Source of the DNA: an uncultured Myxococcales bacterium
GTDB taxonomy: Bacteria > Myxococcota_A > UBA9042
DNA: 62,799 nt
Reading direction: 5' to 3'
Assembly: GCA_903850505.1 (NCBI GenBank)
Contig: CAINLT010000295.1
Location: forward strand, 1 to 62,799
Positions within the stretch are counted from its first letter, which is position 1; each line of letters opens with the position of its first letter. Shown here piece by piece: positions 37,405-46,681 of the stretch. The notes beneath the pieces are model-generated. The model saw nothing but the letters and a program-made list of their open reading frames with translations, searched no databases and had not been told where the DNA came from. The position numbers and the translations under genes are program-made.

Positions 37405-37493
37405 CTGAGTTGCGCAAGAAGTTGACAAATAGTTGACCACGCCCGCGGACGTCGCATAACGGCGAAGGGTGTCAACTGGTTATGTCAACTCAG
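37405..37493. repeat. Imperfect inverted repeat with four AGTTGAC/GTCAACT boxes
   Basis: CTGAGTTG..AGTTGACA (37405-37427) is complementary to TGTCAACT..CAACTCAG (37470-37493); an extra AGTTGAC sits at 37431. Confidence 0.75.
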
Positions 37494-37545
37494 GTGCGCC
37501 AGAAGGCCGAGGGCGCCGGGACGCGAAGGGACGGAGACGAGCACG

Positions 37546-37968
37546 ATGAACGAACGACACGACAGCCAAAGTTCCGCGAGCTCCAGCCAAAGCTTGGACC
37601 ACGCCATGGACGGCGCGCGTGCGGATGGTCAGCGGCTGGCCCAGTGGTGGCAGCGCCGGCCGATCTCGGACGCTGAACGGTCAGAGCGCTCCGAGCGGTT
37701 CTTCTGGTGGCGCATCGTGACGATTCTCGCGGTGGCCATGGCGGTCGCGACGCTCGGCGTGCTGCAGGTGCGGCGCTCGTCCACGGGCATCCGGACCGCC
37801 TACGAGCTGGTGCGGGCCAACGACGCGCTTCGTGAGCAGATCGAGGCCAATCGCCACGATGAAGCGGTGCTCACCGGTCTCAAGAACCCGAACGAACTGC
37901 GCAAGGTGGCGAATGACGTCTACCACATGCGCGTGCCAGGCACGGACGAACAGGTGGAAGTCGAATAA
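37546..37968 (+). CDS. ftsL: Cell division protein FtsL-like
   Basis: Position after rsmH; single TM helix, coiled coil, LKNPNELRKVA..MRVP motif. Confidence 0.72.
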   Translation: MNERHDSQSSASSSQSLDHAMDGARADGQRLAQWWQRRPISDAERSERSERFFWWRIVTILAVAMAVATLGVLQVRRSSTGIRTAYELVRANDALREQIEANRHDEAVLTGLKNPNELRKVANDVYHMRVPGTDEQVEVE

Positions 37969-37970
37969 TC

Positions 37971-38792
37971 ATGCTGCCCTGCCTCACCATTTCTGCGCGC
38001 CCCCAACTGCTCCTGCTGGCAGTGGCGGCGACGTGCGCGGTGTGGACGGCGGGCTGCTCGTCGGCTGAAGTCGAGCGCAAGGAACGCACGGAGAAGGCGG
38101 ACTTCCACTACAACCTCGCCGCGGGCTATTTCCAGTCCAAGAACATCGACCTGGCGATCCGCGAGCTCGTTGCAGCGCTCGAGATCGACGCCGATCACCC
38201 GGACGCACACTACCTCTACGGTTTCATTGAGTTTGGCCGCAAGCAGTATGAAGAGGCCGCTGACAGCTTCAAGCACGCGCTGGCGGGTCGGCCAAAGTTC
38301 TACGCGGCGCGCAATCATCTGGGCGCGACGTACCTGGAGCTGGAGCGCTGGGCCGACGCGGTGGCGACGCTGGAACCGCTGCTCAAGGAACCGACCTACA
38401 CGACGCAGTACCTCGTCTACAACAACCTCGGCTGGGCGTACCTGAAGATGGGCGACCTGCGGATGGCGGACAAGAACCTGAAGCTCGCGGTGTTCCTCAA
38501 TCCGAAATTCTGCAATGGATATCGCAATCTGGGCCTGCTCGCCATGGAGCAGCGCGACTTCAAGGGCGCCGTTGAGCAGATGACGGAAGCCACATCGCGC
38601 TGCCCGAATTTCGCCGATCTGCACATGCAGCGCGCCGAAGCGCTCGCGGCGACCGGGCAGATGGCTGAATCCGACGCAGAGTTCCGCAAGTGCGCAGAGC
38701 TCGGCGGCGACACAATGCTCGGACGGCGCTGCAAAGCCCGCACGCGGCAGGGCTCGGGCGGCGGCGATGGCCGTCAAGTTGGGGGATGGTAA
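37971..38792 (+). CDS. TPR lipoprotein, Tgl/PilF/PilW-like secretin pilotin
   Basis: TAGC lipobox; about 6 TPRs; ARNHLGATY, LKEPTYTTQYLVYNNLGWAY, NPKFCNGYRNLG and paired Cys as in myxobacterial Tgl. Confidence 0.78.
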   Translation: MLPCLTISARPQLLLLAVAATCAVWTAGCSSAEVERKERTEKADFHYNLAAGYFQSKNIDLAIRELVAALEIDADHPDAHYLYGFIEFGRKQYEEAADSFKHALAGRPKFYAARNHLGATYLELERWADAVATLEPLLKEPTYTTQYLVYNNLGWAYLKMGDLRMADKNLKLAVFLNPKFCNGYRNLGLLAMEQRDFKGAVEQMTEATSRCPNFADLHMQRAEALAATGQMAESDAEFRKCAELGGDTMLGRRCKARTRQGSGGGDGRQVGGW

Positions 38793-41191
38793 TGGCAACA
38801 GATGTGCGCGATCTGCCACGCAAGGTGCTGCCCGCCCGGCTGTTCCAGCTGATTGACCGTGCGGGCACGACCCCGCAGGCCCGTCAGGACCGCGCCAAGC
38901 GCCGCGTGCAGCTCGTCGTGGGCCTGCTGGGGCTGTATCTGGTCTTTGCGTACGGCGCGGCGGTGTGGACCGTCGTGAACAAGGCCACGCTGGAGAAATA
39001 CGCCAAGGGCAACCTCCTGAAATTGACCAAGATCGAGACGCGGCGCGGCGATATCACGGACCGCAACGGCGTGGCGCTGGCGACGAGCCTGTCGGCCAAC
39101 TCCGTGTCCGCCAATCCGCGCTGGGTGCTGCCGCCGTTCATCAAGGTCGACAAGAAGAAGGTGTCCACGACGCCGGTGCAGATGCCGTTCGACAGCGCGG
39201 AAGGCATCGCCTTTCGCAAGACCATCACCGACCGCATCGTGAAGCTCCTCGGCGTGAGCGGCAAAGAAGAGGCGTACGTCCGCGAGCAGATGAACCGCCA
39301 CGACGTCGCGAAGGACGGCAAGCCGACCGACAAGGGCGTGGCCTTCGTCTATCTGGCGCACAAGCTGACCGACAAGCAGAGCCAGGCCATCCGCGAAGCG
39401 ATCGCCGACGGCGAGCTGCCCGGCATCACGCTGGAGCCGCGCTTCATCCGCTACTACCCGAACAACGAACTCGCAGGGCCGCTCGTCGGCCGCGACAACA
39501 CGACGGGCAGCATCGAGGCGAGCTTTGACAAGCTGCTGCGCGGTCAGGAAGTCGAGGTGTGGTCGTATAAGGACTCCAGCGCGACGCCGCTGTACATCGA
39601 CGGCGCGCCGGATCCGAGCATCTTTGGCGGCAAGAGCGTCGCGCTGACGATCGACGAGAAAATTCAGGCGGTCGCCGAGCACCATCTGGAAGCGTCCGTC
39701 CGCGAGTTTGAAGCGCAGCACGGCATCGCCGTCGTCATGGACGTCCAGACGGGCGACGTGCTGGCGCTGGCGCAGTGGCCGAGCTTCAACCCGAACGACA
39801 TCGAAACCGCGCCGAAGTACGGCCTGCACAACATCGCCGTGGAATTCCAGTACGAGCCGGGCTCGACGTTCAAGGTCTTCAATCTGGCGATTGGCCTGCA
39901 GGAAAAGGCCGTGACGCTGGAGGAAATCATCCCGCTCGGGCCGATGGTCGTCGGCAACAAGGTCATCAAGGACGATCACCCGCACGCGGCGGTCAGCGGC
40001 CTGCAGTCCCTGCAGGTCAGCTCCAACATCGCCAATGCCAAGATCGCGATGCGGATGCACCGCGAGGTTTATGAGAAATACCTGCGGGCGCTGGGCTTTG
40101 GCCGTCGGCTGGACCTCGGGATGATCGGCGAGGGCGCGGGGCAGCTGTCGCCGTCCGAGAAATGGTCGCTGGTGCAGTACGCCAACATCGCGTTTGGTCA
40201 GGGCATCGCGGTGACGCCGCTGCAGATGGTCGCGGGCTTTGCGGCGGTCGCGAACGGCGGCACGTACCGGCGGCCGCGGTTGATTCGCGCGGTCCAGACC
40301 GCCGACGGCAAGGAAGAAAAGCTGCCGACGGACGTGGGCAAGCGGGTCTTTGACAAGGACACGACCGAGAAGGTGCTGCTGGCGATGGCGTCGGTGTGCC
40401 AACCGCGTTCTGCCGACGGTCACAGCCTCGGCGGCACGGGCACAGCGGCGCGCCTGCCCAACTACACGATTGGCGGCAAGACCGGCACCGCACAGCAGGC
40501 CAACGCCAACGGCGGCTACTCGGACACGCACTGGGTGGGCAGCTTCATTGGCGTGACGCCCATCGAGAAGCCGCGGCTCGTTGTCTTCGTTGCGATCGAC
40601 ACGCCCAACAAGTTTGACCCCAAGCTTGGCAAGATCGCCCGCTATGGCGGCATCGTTGCGGCGCCGGTCGTGCGGGAAATCGTGCGGTTCACGCTGCCGT
40701 ACCTGGGCGTGCCGCCGAGCCCGGGCGCGCCGTACCTGGATCGCAACGACCCGGAGAAGGCCAAGAAGGAAGACGGCGAACGCAAGCTTCTGGCGCAGAA
40801 GACGGCCGCGACGATGTTGGCGGCGACCAATCCGCAGCGCGCGGTGGCGGATGCGACGCCGGTCGCCGAAGGGATGGCGCGCGTTCCTGACGTGCTGCGC
40901 CTGCCCATGCGGATCGTGCGCGAGCGGCTGGCCACGGCCAAGCTCGGCCTCGCGGCGGGCGGAAGCGGCGTGGGCGTGGAACAGGTGCCGGCCGCGGGTG
41001 AAATCGTGGTTGCCGGCACGCCGGTGAAAGTGACGTTCAAGCGGATGAGTGAAGTGGCCGATGCCCGGCCGCCGGAGCCGCCGCCGGAAGAAGCGGCCAA
41101 GCCGACGGACCCGGCCAAGCCGACCGACGCGCAGAAGCCGGTCAACGCGGTGCGGCCAGGTGGCCCGACGCAGCCGACGGTCAAGCACTAG
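38792..41191 (+). CDS. ftsI: Class B penicillin-binding protein FtsI/PBP3 with PASTA domain
   Basis: RGDITDRNG, EPGSTFK (SxxK), SSN, GKTGTAQ; C-terminal VPDV PASTA domain. Confidence 0.93.
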   Translation: MATDVRDLPRKVLPARLFQLIDRAGTTPQARQDRAKRRVQLVVGLLGLYLVFAYGAAVWTVVNKATLEKYAKGNLLKLTKIETRRGDITDRNGVALATSLSANSVSANPRWVLPPFIKVDKKKVSTTPVQMPFDSAEGIAFRKTITDRIVKLLGVSGKEEAYVREQMNRHDVAKDGKPTDKGVAFVYLAHKLTDKQSQAIREAIADGELPGITLEPRFIRYYPNNELAGPLVGRDNTTGSIEASFDKLLRGQEVEVWSYKDSSATPLYIDGAPDPSIFGGKSVALTIDEKIQAVAEHHLEASVREFEAQHGIAVVMDVQTGDVLALAQWPSFNPNDIETAPKYGLHNIAVEFQYEPGSTFKVFNLAIGLQEKAVTLEEIIPLGPMVVGNKVIKDDHPHAAVSGLQSLQVSSNIANAKIAMRMHREVYEKYLRALGFGRRLDLGMIGEGAGQLSPSEKWSLVQYANIAFGQGIAVTPLQMVAGFAAVANGGTYRRPRLIRAVQTADGKEEKLPTDVGKRVFDKDTTEKVLLAMASVCQPRSADGHSLGGTGTAARLPNYTIGGKTGTAQQANANGGYSDTHWVGSFIGVTPIEKPRLVVFVAIDTPNKFDPKLGKIARYGGIVAAPVVREIVRFTLPYLGVPPSPGAPYLDRNDPEKAKKEDGERKLLAQKTAATMLAATNPQRAVADATPVAEGMARVPDVLRLPMRIVRERLATAKLGLAAGGSGVGVEQVPAAGEIVVAGTPVKVTFKRMSEVADARPPEPPPEEAAKPTDPAKPTDAQKPVNAVRPGGPTQPTVKH

Positions 41192-41203
41192 GGGAAGACG
41201 AAG

Positions 41204-42757
41204 ATGGACTTGCTGGAGTTGTTGCAGCAGAGCGGCGTGCGGGCGGAGGTGGCGGAACACGCTGACCTCGGCGTCGCCGTGCGCGCTGTGACGGCAGACT
41301 CGCGGCGGGTTCAACCGGGCACCGTGTTTGTCGCGGTTCCGGGCACGCGGGCCCATGGCCTTGAATACGCGGCGCAAGCGGTCGCCGCTGGGGCCATTGC
41401 GATCGTCACCGATCAGGCGTTTGCGTTGGACAGCGCGCTCGTCCTGCACGTGTCGGACAGCCGCAAGGCGCTGGGCGCGCTCTGCTCCGCGCTGCACAAC
41501 CACCCGAGCCGGACGCTGCATGTGATCGGCGTGACCGGGACCAACGGCAAGACGACGACGACCGTGCTGATCGCGGAGCTGCTGACGGCCGCCGGGCTGC
41601 GCGCTGCGGCGATTGGCACCACCGGCATCTGGACGCCCGAAGGCACGCGGCCGTCGCACATGACCACGCCGGACGCGGAGACCCTCCAGCAACTGCTGGC
41701 GGACCTGCGGGACGAGGGCTTCACGCACGTGGCGATTGAGGTCAGCTCGCACGCGCTGCATCAGCATCGGGTCGCCGGCACGCGCTTTGCCGCGACCGTG
41801 TGGACCAACCTGACGCGCGACCACCTGGACTACCACGGGACGCTGGACGCTTACGCCGCGGCGAAGGCGCAGCTGTTTGGCGGCGACCTGAAGGCCCCGC
41901 ACGCGTTTGTGAACGGCGACGACGATGCCGCCGCGCAGGTGTGGCATCAGGGCCGCGCAGAAGCGTGGAGCCTGGGCGCGCACGGCGCGGCCGAACATCA
42001 AGTGGAACAGCTGCGGATGTCGGCCCACGGCCTCAGCTTCGCGCTGAAGAGCCAAGGCCACCACGCGCTGACGGTGAATACGCCGCTCATCGGCCGCCAC
42101 AACGCGGAGAATCTCGCGGCAGCGCTGCTGGTTTGCCGCGCGCTGGGCGTTGCGGATGCCGCGCTTGTCGCTGCCTGCCAGCACTTGGAAGCGCCGCGCG
42201 GTCGGCTGCAGCCGGTGGCCAACCACACGGGCGCGCTGGTGCTTGTCGACTACGCCCACACGCCGGACGCGCTCCAGCAGATCCTGACGACGCTGCGACC
42301 GCTGGTCGGTGCGCAAGGCCGCCTGATCGCGCTCCTCGGCTGCGGCGGCGATCGCGATCCGGGCAAGCGGCCGCTGATGGGTCAGGTCGCGGCGCGGCTG
42401 GCGGACCTCTGCGTGGCGACGAGCGACAACCCGCGGACGGAAGACCCGCATGCGATCCTGGCGGCGGTGGAAGAGGGCCTGCGGATGACGGGCGCGGAGA
42501 AGCTCGAGAAGTTCGTGCCGTCGACGCTGGCCAAGCTGCAAGGCGGCCCGCGGCGCTGCGGCTACGTGGTCGAGGAGGATCGCGAACAGGCGATTCGCCG
42601 CGCGATCGGCGTCCTGCGTGCGGGCGACGTCCTGGTGATCGCCGGCAAGGGTCACGAGACCGTGCAGATTGTCGGCCGCGAAGAGCGGCCCTTTGACGAC
42701 GCCGCCGTGGCGGAACGCTACCTGGGCATGACGCGCCCGACGCAAGTGGGGGTGTGA
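41204..42757 (+). CDS. murE: UDP-MurNAc-dipeptide:meso-DAP ligase MurE
   Basis: GVTGTNGKTT, EVSSH, DHLDYH, DYAHTPD, DNPR (DAP-type), GKGHE. Confidence 0.96.
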   Translation: MDLLELLQQSGVRAEVAEHADLGVAVRAVTADSRRVQPGTVFVAVPGTRAHGLEYAAQAVAAGAIAIVTDQAFALDSALVLHVSDSRKALGALCSALHNHPSRTLHVIGVTGTNGKTTTTVLIAELLTAAGLRAAAIGTTGIWTPEGTRPSHMTTPDAETLQQLLADLRDEGFTHVAIEVSSHALHQHRVAGTRFAATVWTNLTRDHLDYHGTLDAYAAAKAQLFGGDLKAPHAFVNGDDDAAAQVWHQGRAEAWSLGAHGAAEHQVEQLRMSAHGLSFALKSQGHHALTVNTPLIGRHNAENLAAALLVCRALGVADAALVAACQHLEAPRGRLQPVANHTGALVLVDYAHTPDALQQILTTLRPLVGAQGRLIALLGCGGDRDPGKRPLMGQVAARLADLCVATSDNPRTEDPHAILAAVEEGLRMTGAEKLEKFVPSTLAKLQGGPRRCGYVVEEDREQAIRRAIGVLRAGDVLVIAGKGHETVQIVGREERPFDDAAVAERYLGMTRPTQVGV

Positions 42758-44196
42758 CCATGGCGCAGCGTCCACACGGTTTTGCTTTTGACGGACAGGC
42801 GGCGCGCGCGGCGACCGGCGGGCGTTTGCTCGTGGATGCGCCGCGGTGGACGACCGAGCTGTGCACGGACAGTCGCAAGCTGGCGACCGGGGCGCTGTTC
42901 GTGGCGTTGCCGGGCGAGAAGTTCGACGGCGCGGCCTTCATCGGCACGGCGCTGGATGCGGGTGCGATCGGCATCGTGGCGGAGACGGGCAAGGCGCAGC
43001 CGTTCATCGGCGCGGCGCTGGCCAAGAACGCGTGGCTGCTGGAAGTGGACGACGCCCTGCTGGCGCTTGGCGATCTGGCGCGCAACCACCGGCAGCGGTT
43101 TGCGCCGCTTGTCGTGGGCATCACGGGCTCCAACGGCAAGACGACGACCAAGGAACTGACGGCGCTCGCGCTGTCCCCGCTCGGGGACGTGCTCTGGACA
43201 GCGGGCAACTTCAACAACCGCATCGGCCTGCCGCTCACGTTGGCGCGCCTCGGCCCCGCGCACAAAGTCGCGGTCCTGGAAATGGGCATGTCGATTCCGG
43301 GCGAGATTGCCCAGCTCGCCCACGTCGGCATCCCGCAGATCGGCGTCGTGACCTCGATCGCGGAAGCGCACTTGCAGGGCATGGGCAGCGTGCAAGCGAT
43401 CGCCAACGAGAAGGCGGACCTCCTGCGCGCGCTGCCGGCCGACGGAGTCGCGATTGTCCCGCAGGACGAGCCGCTGCTGACCGACGTGGTGGCCGGCCTG
43501 ACGTGCCGGGTCCTGCGTTTTGGCCGGACGGCGGGCGACGTCAAGCTGGCGTCGCCGATCGTCGTCGCGGGGATGAGCCAGACGTTCACGGCCGACGTCG
43601 CGGGCACGCTTGTGCCGGTGACGCTGCCGGGTCTGGGCGTGCACCTCGCGCACAATGCGCTCGCGGCGCTCGCGGTGGCGTATGCGGCAGGCGCGGATCT
43701 GCACGCGGCCGCGATCGCGATGGGGCGCTACGAACCGGTCGGTCAGCGGATGCTGCCGTCGCGGATCGGTCCGTGGCTGGTGCTGGAAGACTGCTACAAC
43801 GCCAATCCGCGCTCCGTGGAAGTCGCGCTCGACACGCTGGCGACGCTGCCGGGGCCCCGCGCGGCCATTCTCGGCTCAATGCTGGAGTTGGGCGCCAACG
43901 AACACGACTTGCACGCGCGCGTGGGCCGCCATGCCGCAGACGTCGGCGTCGATGTCCTGATCGCCGTGGGGCCCTTTGCCGCCGATTACGCCCGCGGCGC
44001 TGCTGCCGGTGGCCTCGTTGCCCTGAGCGTTGCCGAGCCGGCTGAAGCCGCGGCGCTTCTGGCGCAAAAACTGCCGCTTGCCGCCACCGTCCTGATCAAA
44101 GGCTCGCGTGGCGCCCGTATGGAGCGCGCGATCGCCGCCCTGCGTGAGCTGCCCTCTACCCCTGCCACCGCCCACGCGGCCGCTGCGAGGTCTTAA
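42754..44196 (+). CDS. murF: UDP-MurNAc-tripeptide:D-Ala-D-Ala ligase MurF
   Basis: GITGSNGKTTTKE, GNFNNRIGLP, DCYNANP, KGSRG. Confidence 0.96.
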   Translation: MTMAQRPHGFAFDGQAARAATGGRLLVDAPRWTTELCTDSRKLATGALFVALPGEKFDGAAFIGTALDAGAIGIVAETGKAQPFIGAALAKNAWLLEVDDALLALGDLARNHRQRFAPLVVGITGSNGKTTTKELTALALSPLGDVLWTAGNFNNRIGLPLTLARLGPAHKVAVLEMGMSIPGEIAQLAHVGIPQIGVVTSIAEAHLQGMGSVQAIANEKADLLRALPADGVAIVPQDEPLLTDVVAGLTCRVLRFGRTAGDVKLASPIVVAGMSQTFTADVAGTLVPVTLPGLGVHLAHNALAALAVAYAAGADLHAAAIAMGRYEPVGQRMLPSRIGPWLVLEDCYNANPRSVEVALDTLATLPGPRAAILGSMLELGANEHDLHARVGRHAADVGVDVLIAVGPFAADYARGAAAGGLVALSVAEPAEAAALLAQKLPLAATVLIKGSRGARMERAIAALRELPSTPATAHAAAARS

Positions 44197-44197
44197 G

Positions 44198-45307
44198 GTG
44201 TTCCTCTGGTTGTCCCAACACTTCCGCGGCGATTTCGGGCCACTCAACGTGTTCCGCTACGTCACGTTCCGGTCGATCGGCGCGATGGCCACCGCGCTGA
44301 TGATCGCCATGTGGCTCTTCCCGTGGTTTATCCGCCTGCTGCAGGAAAAACAGATCGGCCAGGTCGTCCGCGACGACGGTCCACAATCGCACTTCTCCAA
44401 GAAGGGTACGCCGACGATGGGCGGCATCCTGCTGCTGATGGCGATGTTCCTGTCCACGGCGCTTTGGGGCGACCTGCAGAACGTCTTTGTCTGGTTGACG
44501 CTGGTCGTGACGCTGGTTTTTGGCGTGCTGGGCTTCATCGACGACTATTTGAAGATCCGCGACCGCAACTCCAAGGGCGTGACCGAGAGGCAGAAGCTCG
44601 CGACGCAATTTGGCGTTACCGCGCTGGTTTTTGGCCTGATGTACTTCGGCTGGTTCGGCAAGGAGCTGGCGGATTCGCGGCTGTACCTGCCGTTTGCGAG
44701 CGCCAAGCACTTCGCGTGGGACATCGGCCCCATCGCCTACACGCTTTTTGCCTGCGTCACCGTCGCCGGTTACTCCAACGCGGTGAACCTGACCGACGGC
44801 CTCGACGGCCTCGCCATCGGCCCCGTCATGGTCTCCTCTTTCACCTTCGCGGTGCTCTGCTACCTGGTCGGCGCGAAGTTCGGCCATTTTGACGTGGCGC
44901 AGTACTTGCTGCTGCCCGAAGTGCCGGAGGCCCACGAGCTGACCATCGTGCTCGCCGCGGTCATCGGCGCCGGCATCGGCTTCCTTTGGTACAACACCTA
45001 CCCCGCGCTCGTCTTCATGGGCGATGTCGGCGCGCTCGCGCTCGGCGGCACGCTCGGCATGGTCGCGGTGTTTTCCAAGAACGAACTGCTCTCGCTCATC
45101 GTCAACGGCCTCTTCGTCGTGGAAGCCGCCAGCGTCGCGTTGCAGCGCTTTTACTTCAAGCGGACCGGCAAGCGCATCCTGCGCATGGCGCCGATCCACC
45201 ACCATTTCGAGAAGCTGGGCTGGCCCGAACCGCGGGTCACGATCCGCTTCTGGATCATCTCCGTCATGTTGTCGCTGGTCGCGTTGGCCAGCCTGAAGTT
45301 GAGGTAA
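44198..45307 (+). CDS. mraY: Phospho-N-acetylmuramoyl-pentapeptide transferase
   Basis: KKGTPTMGG, GFIDDY, NAVNLTDGLDG, FMGDVG, MAPIHHHFE. Confidence 0.97.
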   Translation: MFLWLSQHFRGDFGPLNVFRYVTFRSIGAMATALMIAMWLFPWFIRLLQEKQIGQVVRDDGPQSHFSKKGTPTMGGILLLMAMFLSTALWGDLQNVFVWLTLVVTLVFGVLGFIDDYLKIRDRNSKGVTERQKLATQFGVTALVFGLMYFGWFGKELADSRLYLPFASAKHFAWDIGPIAYTLFACVTVAGYSNAVNLTDGLDGLAIGPVMVSSFTFAVLCYLVGAKFGHFDVAQYLLLPEVPEAHELTIVLAAVIGAGIGFLWYNTYPALVFMGDVGALALGGTLGMVAVFSKNELLSLIVNGLFVVEAASVALQRFYFKRTGKRILRMAPIHHHFEKLGWPEPRVTIRFWIISVMLSLVALASLKLR

Positions 45308-45310
45308 GCG

Positions 45311-46681
45311 ATGGCCCCGATTGCGATTGCCAGCGACGACGATCTGGAACTGCTCGAAGGCTTTGACGGCGACGACATGTCGCTTTCCGAGCAGACGCGC
45401 ATCCAGGCGCCAACGTCGATGCCGAAGGGCGAGGCGGCGCTGGTGCCGATGCCGGTCGGCATGGATTGGGCGCTGTTCTCGACGGTCATCGGCCTGATGA
45501 CGGTCGGCCTGATCATGGCCCACTCCGCGTCCGTGTGGCTGGGCTTGCACAACTTCAACGGCGATGACGGCCACTTCCTGCACAAGCACATGCTGCACCT
45601 CAGCATTGGCGTGTTCGTGCTGCTGATCGCGATCCGCACGCCGTACCAGTTGTACCGCAAGGTCGCGTATCCCCTGCTCGGGCTGTCGATGGTCGGTCTT
45701 GTGCTGGTGCTGATGTTCGGCCGCGTGGTCAACAACTCGCGGCGCTGGCTCGGGCCGTTCCAGGTCGCCGAACTGGCCAAGCTGGCGTTCGTCATCTACC
45801 TCGCGCACGCGCTGACCAAGCAGATTTCCCGCCAGAACGCCCACAAGTTCTCGGTCGGCTTCCTGCCGCACGCGGTCGTGTGGATGGTGGCGTTTGGCCT
45901 GCTGATGAAAGAGCCGGACCTCGGCAGCGGCATCGTGCTGGCGATCCTGCTGTTTGCGATGACCTTCATCGCCGGCACCAACTTCAGCTACATCATCGGC
46001 TTGGGCGGCGTCGGCGTCGCGGCGCTGGGCGTGTTCATCGCCCACAATCCCATGCGCTTTGCCCGTATCAACGCGTACTTGCACCAACTGCTGTCGGTCA
46101 TGGGCATGGAAGCGCTGCCGCAGGAGATGATCCGCGGCGCGTCCTACCAGTGGTTCAACGGCCATCTCGCGGTCGCGGCGGGCGGGCTGTTCGGCAAAGG
46201 CCTCGGGCTGTCGGAGCAGAAGCTCGGCTTCGTGCCGGAATGCCACACGGACTGGGTTTTGTCGATTATCGCAGAAGAATTCGGCCTCATCGGCGTTGCG
46301 CTCGTCGCCCTTGCGTTCATCTTCTTCATCCGCCGCGGCCTCCGCATCGCGCTGCGGGCACGCGACGAGTTTGGCCGCCTGCTGGCGTCAGGCATCACGA
46401 TCCTTTTTGGCACCCAAGCCGCGGTCAACTTTGGCGTCGTCATGGGCACGCTGCCGACGAAGGGCCTGACGCTGCCGTTCGTTTCCTACGGCGGCTCGTC
46501 GATCATCGTGCTGGCGCTGGCCGCGGGCGTGCTGCTGAACGTGGGCCGCGGCGGCAATCCCGACGCGGAATGGTCGCTGCCCAAGCTGCCGCGCTGGTTC
46601 CGCCGCGAAGAAAAGACCGCGCGCACCGGCAACACGCGCGTGATCATCAACCCCAGCCGCGCGACGGAGGGCAATCGCTGA
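45311..46681 (+). CDS. ftsW: SEDS glycosyltransferase FtsW
   Basis: SRRW..FQVAELAK, EPDLG, PECHTD..EEFG, LPTKGLTLPFVSYGGSS. Confidence 0.95.
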   Translation: MAPIAIASDDDLELLEGFDGDDMSLSEQTRIQAPTSMPKGEAALVPMPVGMDWALFSTVIGLMTVGLIMAHSASVWLGLHNFNGDDGHFLHKHMLHLSIGVFVLLIAIRTPYQLYRKVAYPLLGLSMVGLVLVLMFGRVVNNSRRWLGPFQVAELAKLAFVIYLAHALTKQISRQNAHKFSVGFLPHAVVWMVAFGLLMKEPDLGSGIVLAILLFAMTFIAGTNFSYIIGLGGVGVAALGVFIAHNPMRFARINAYLHQLLSVMGMEALPQEMIRGASYQWFNGHLAVAAGGLFGKGLGLSEQKLGFVPECHTDWVLSIIAEEFGLIGVALVALAFIFFIRRGLRIALRARDEFGRLLASGITILFGTQAAVNFGVVMGTLPTKGLTLPFVSYGGSSIIVLALAAGVLLNVGRGGNPDAEWSLPKLPRWFRREEKTARTGNTRVIINPSRATEGNR

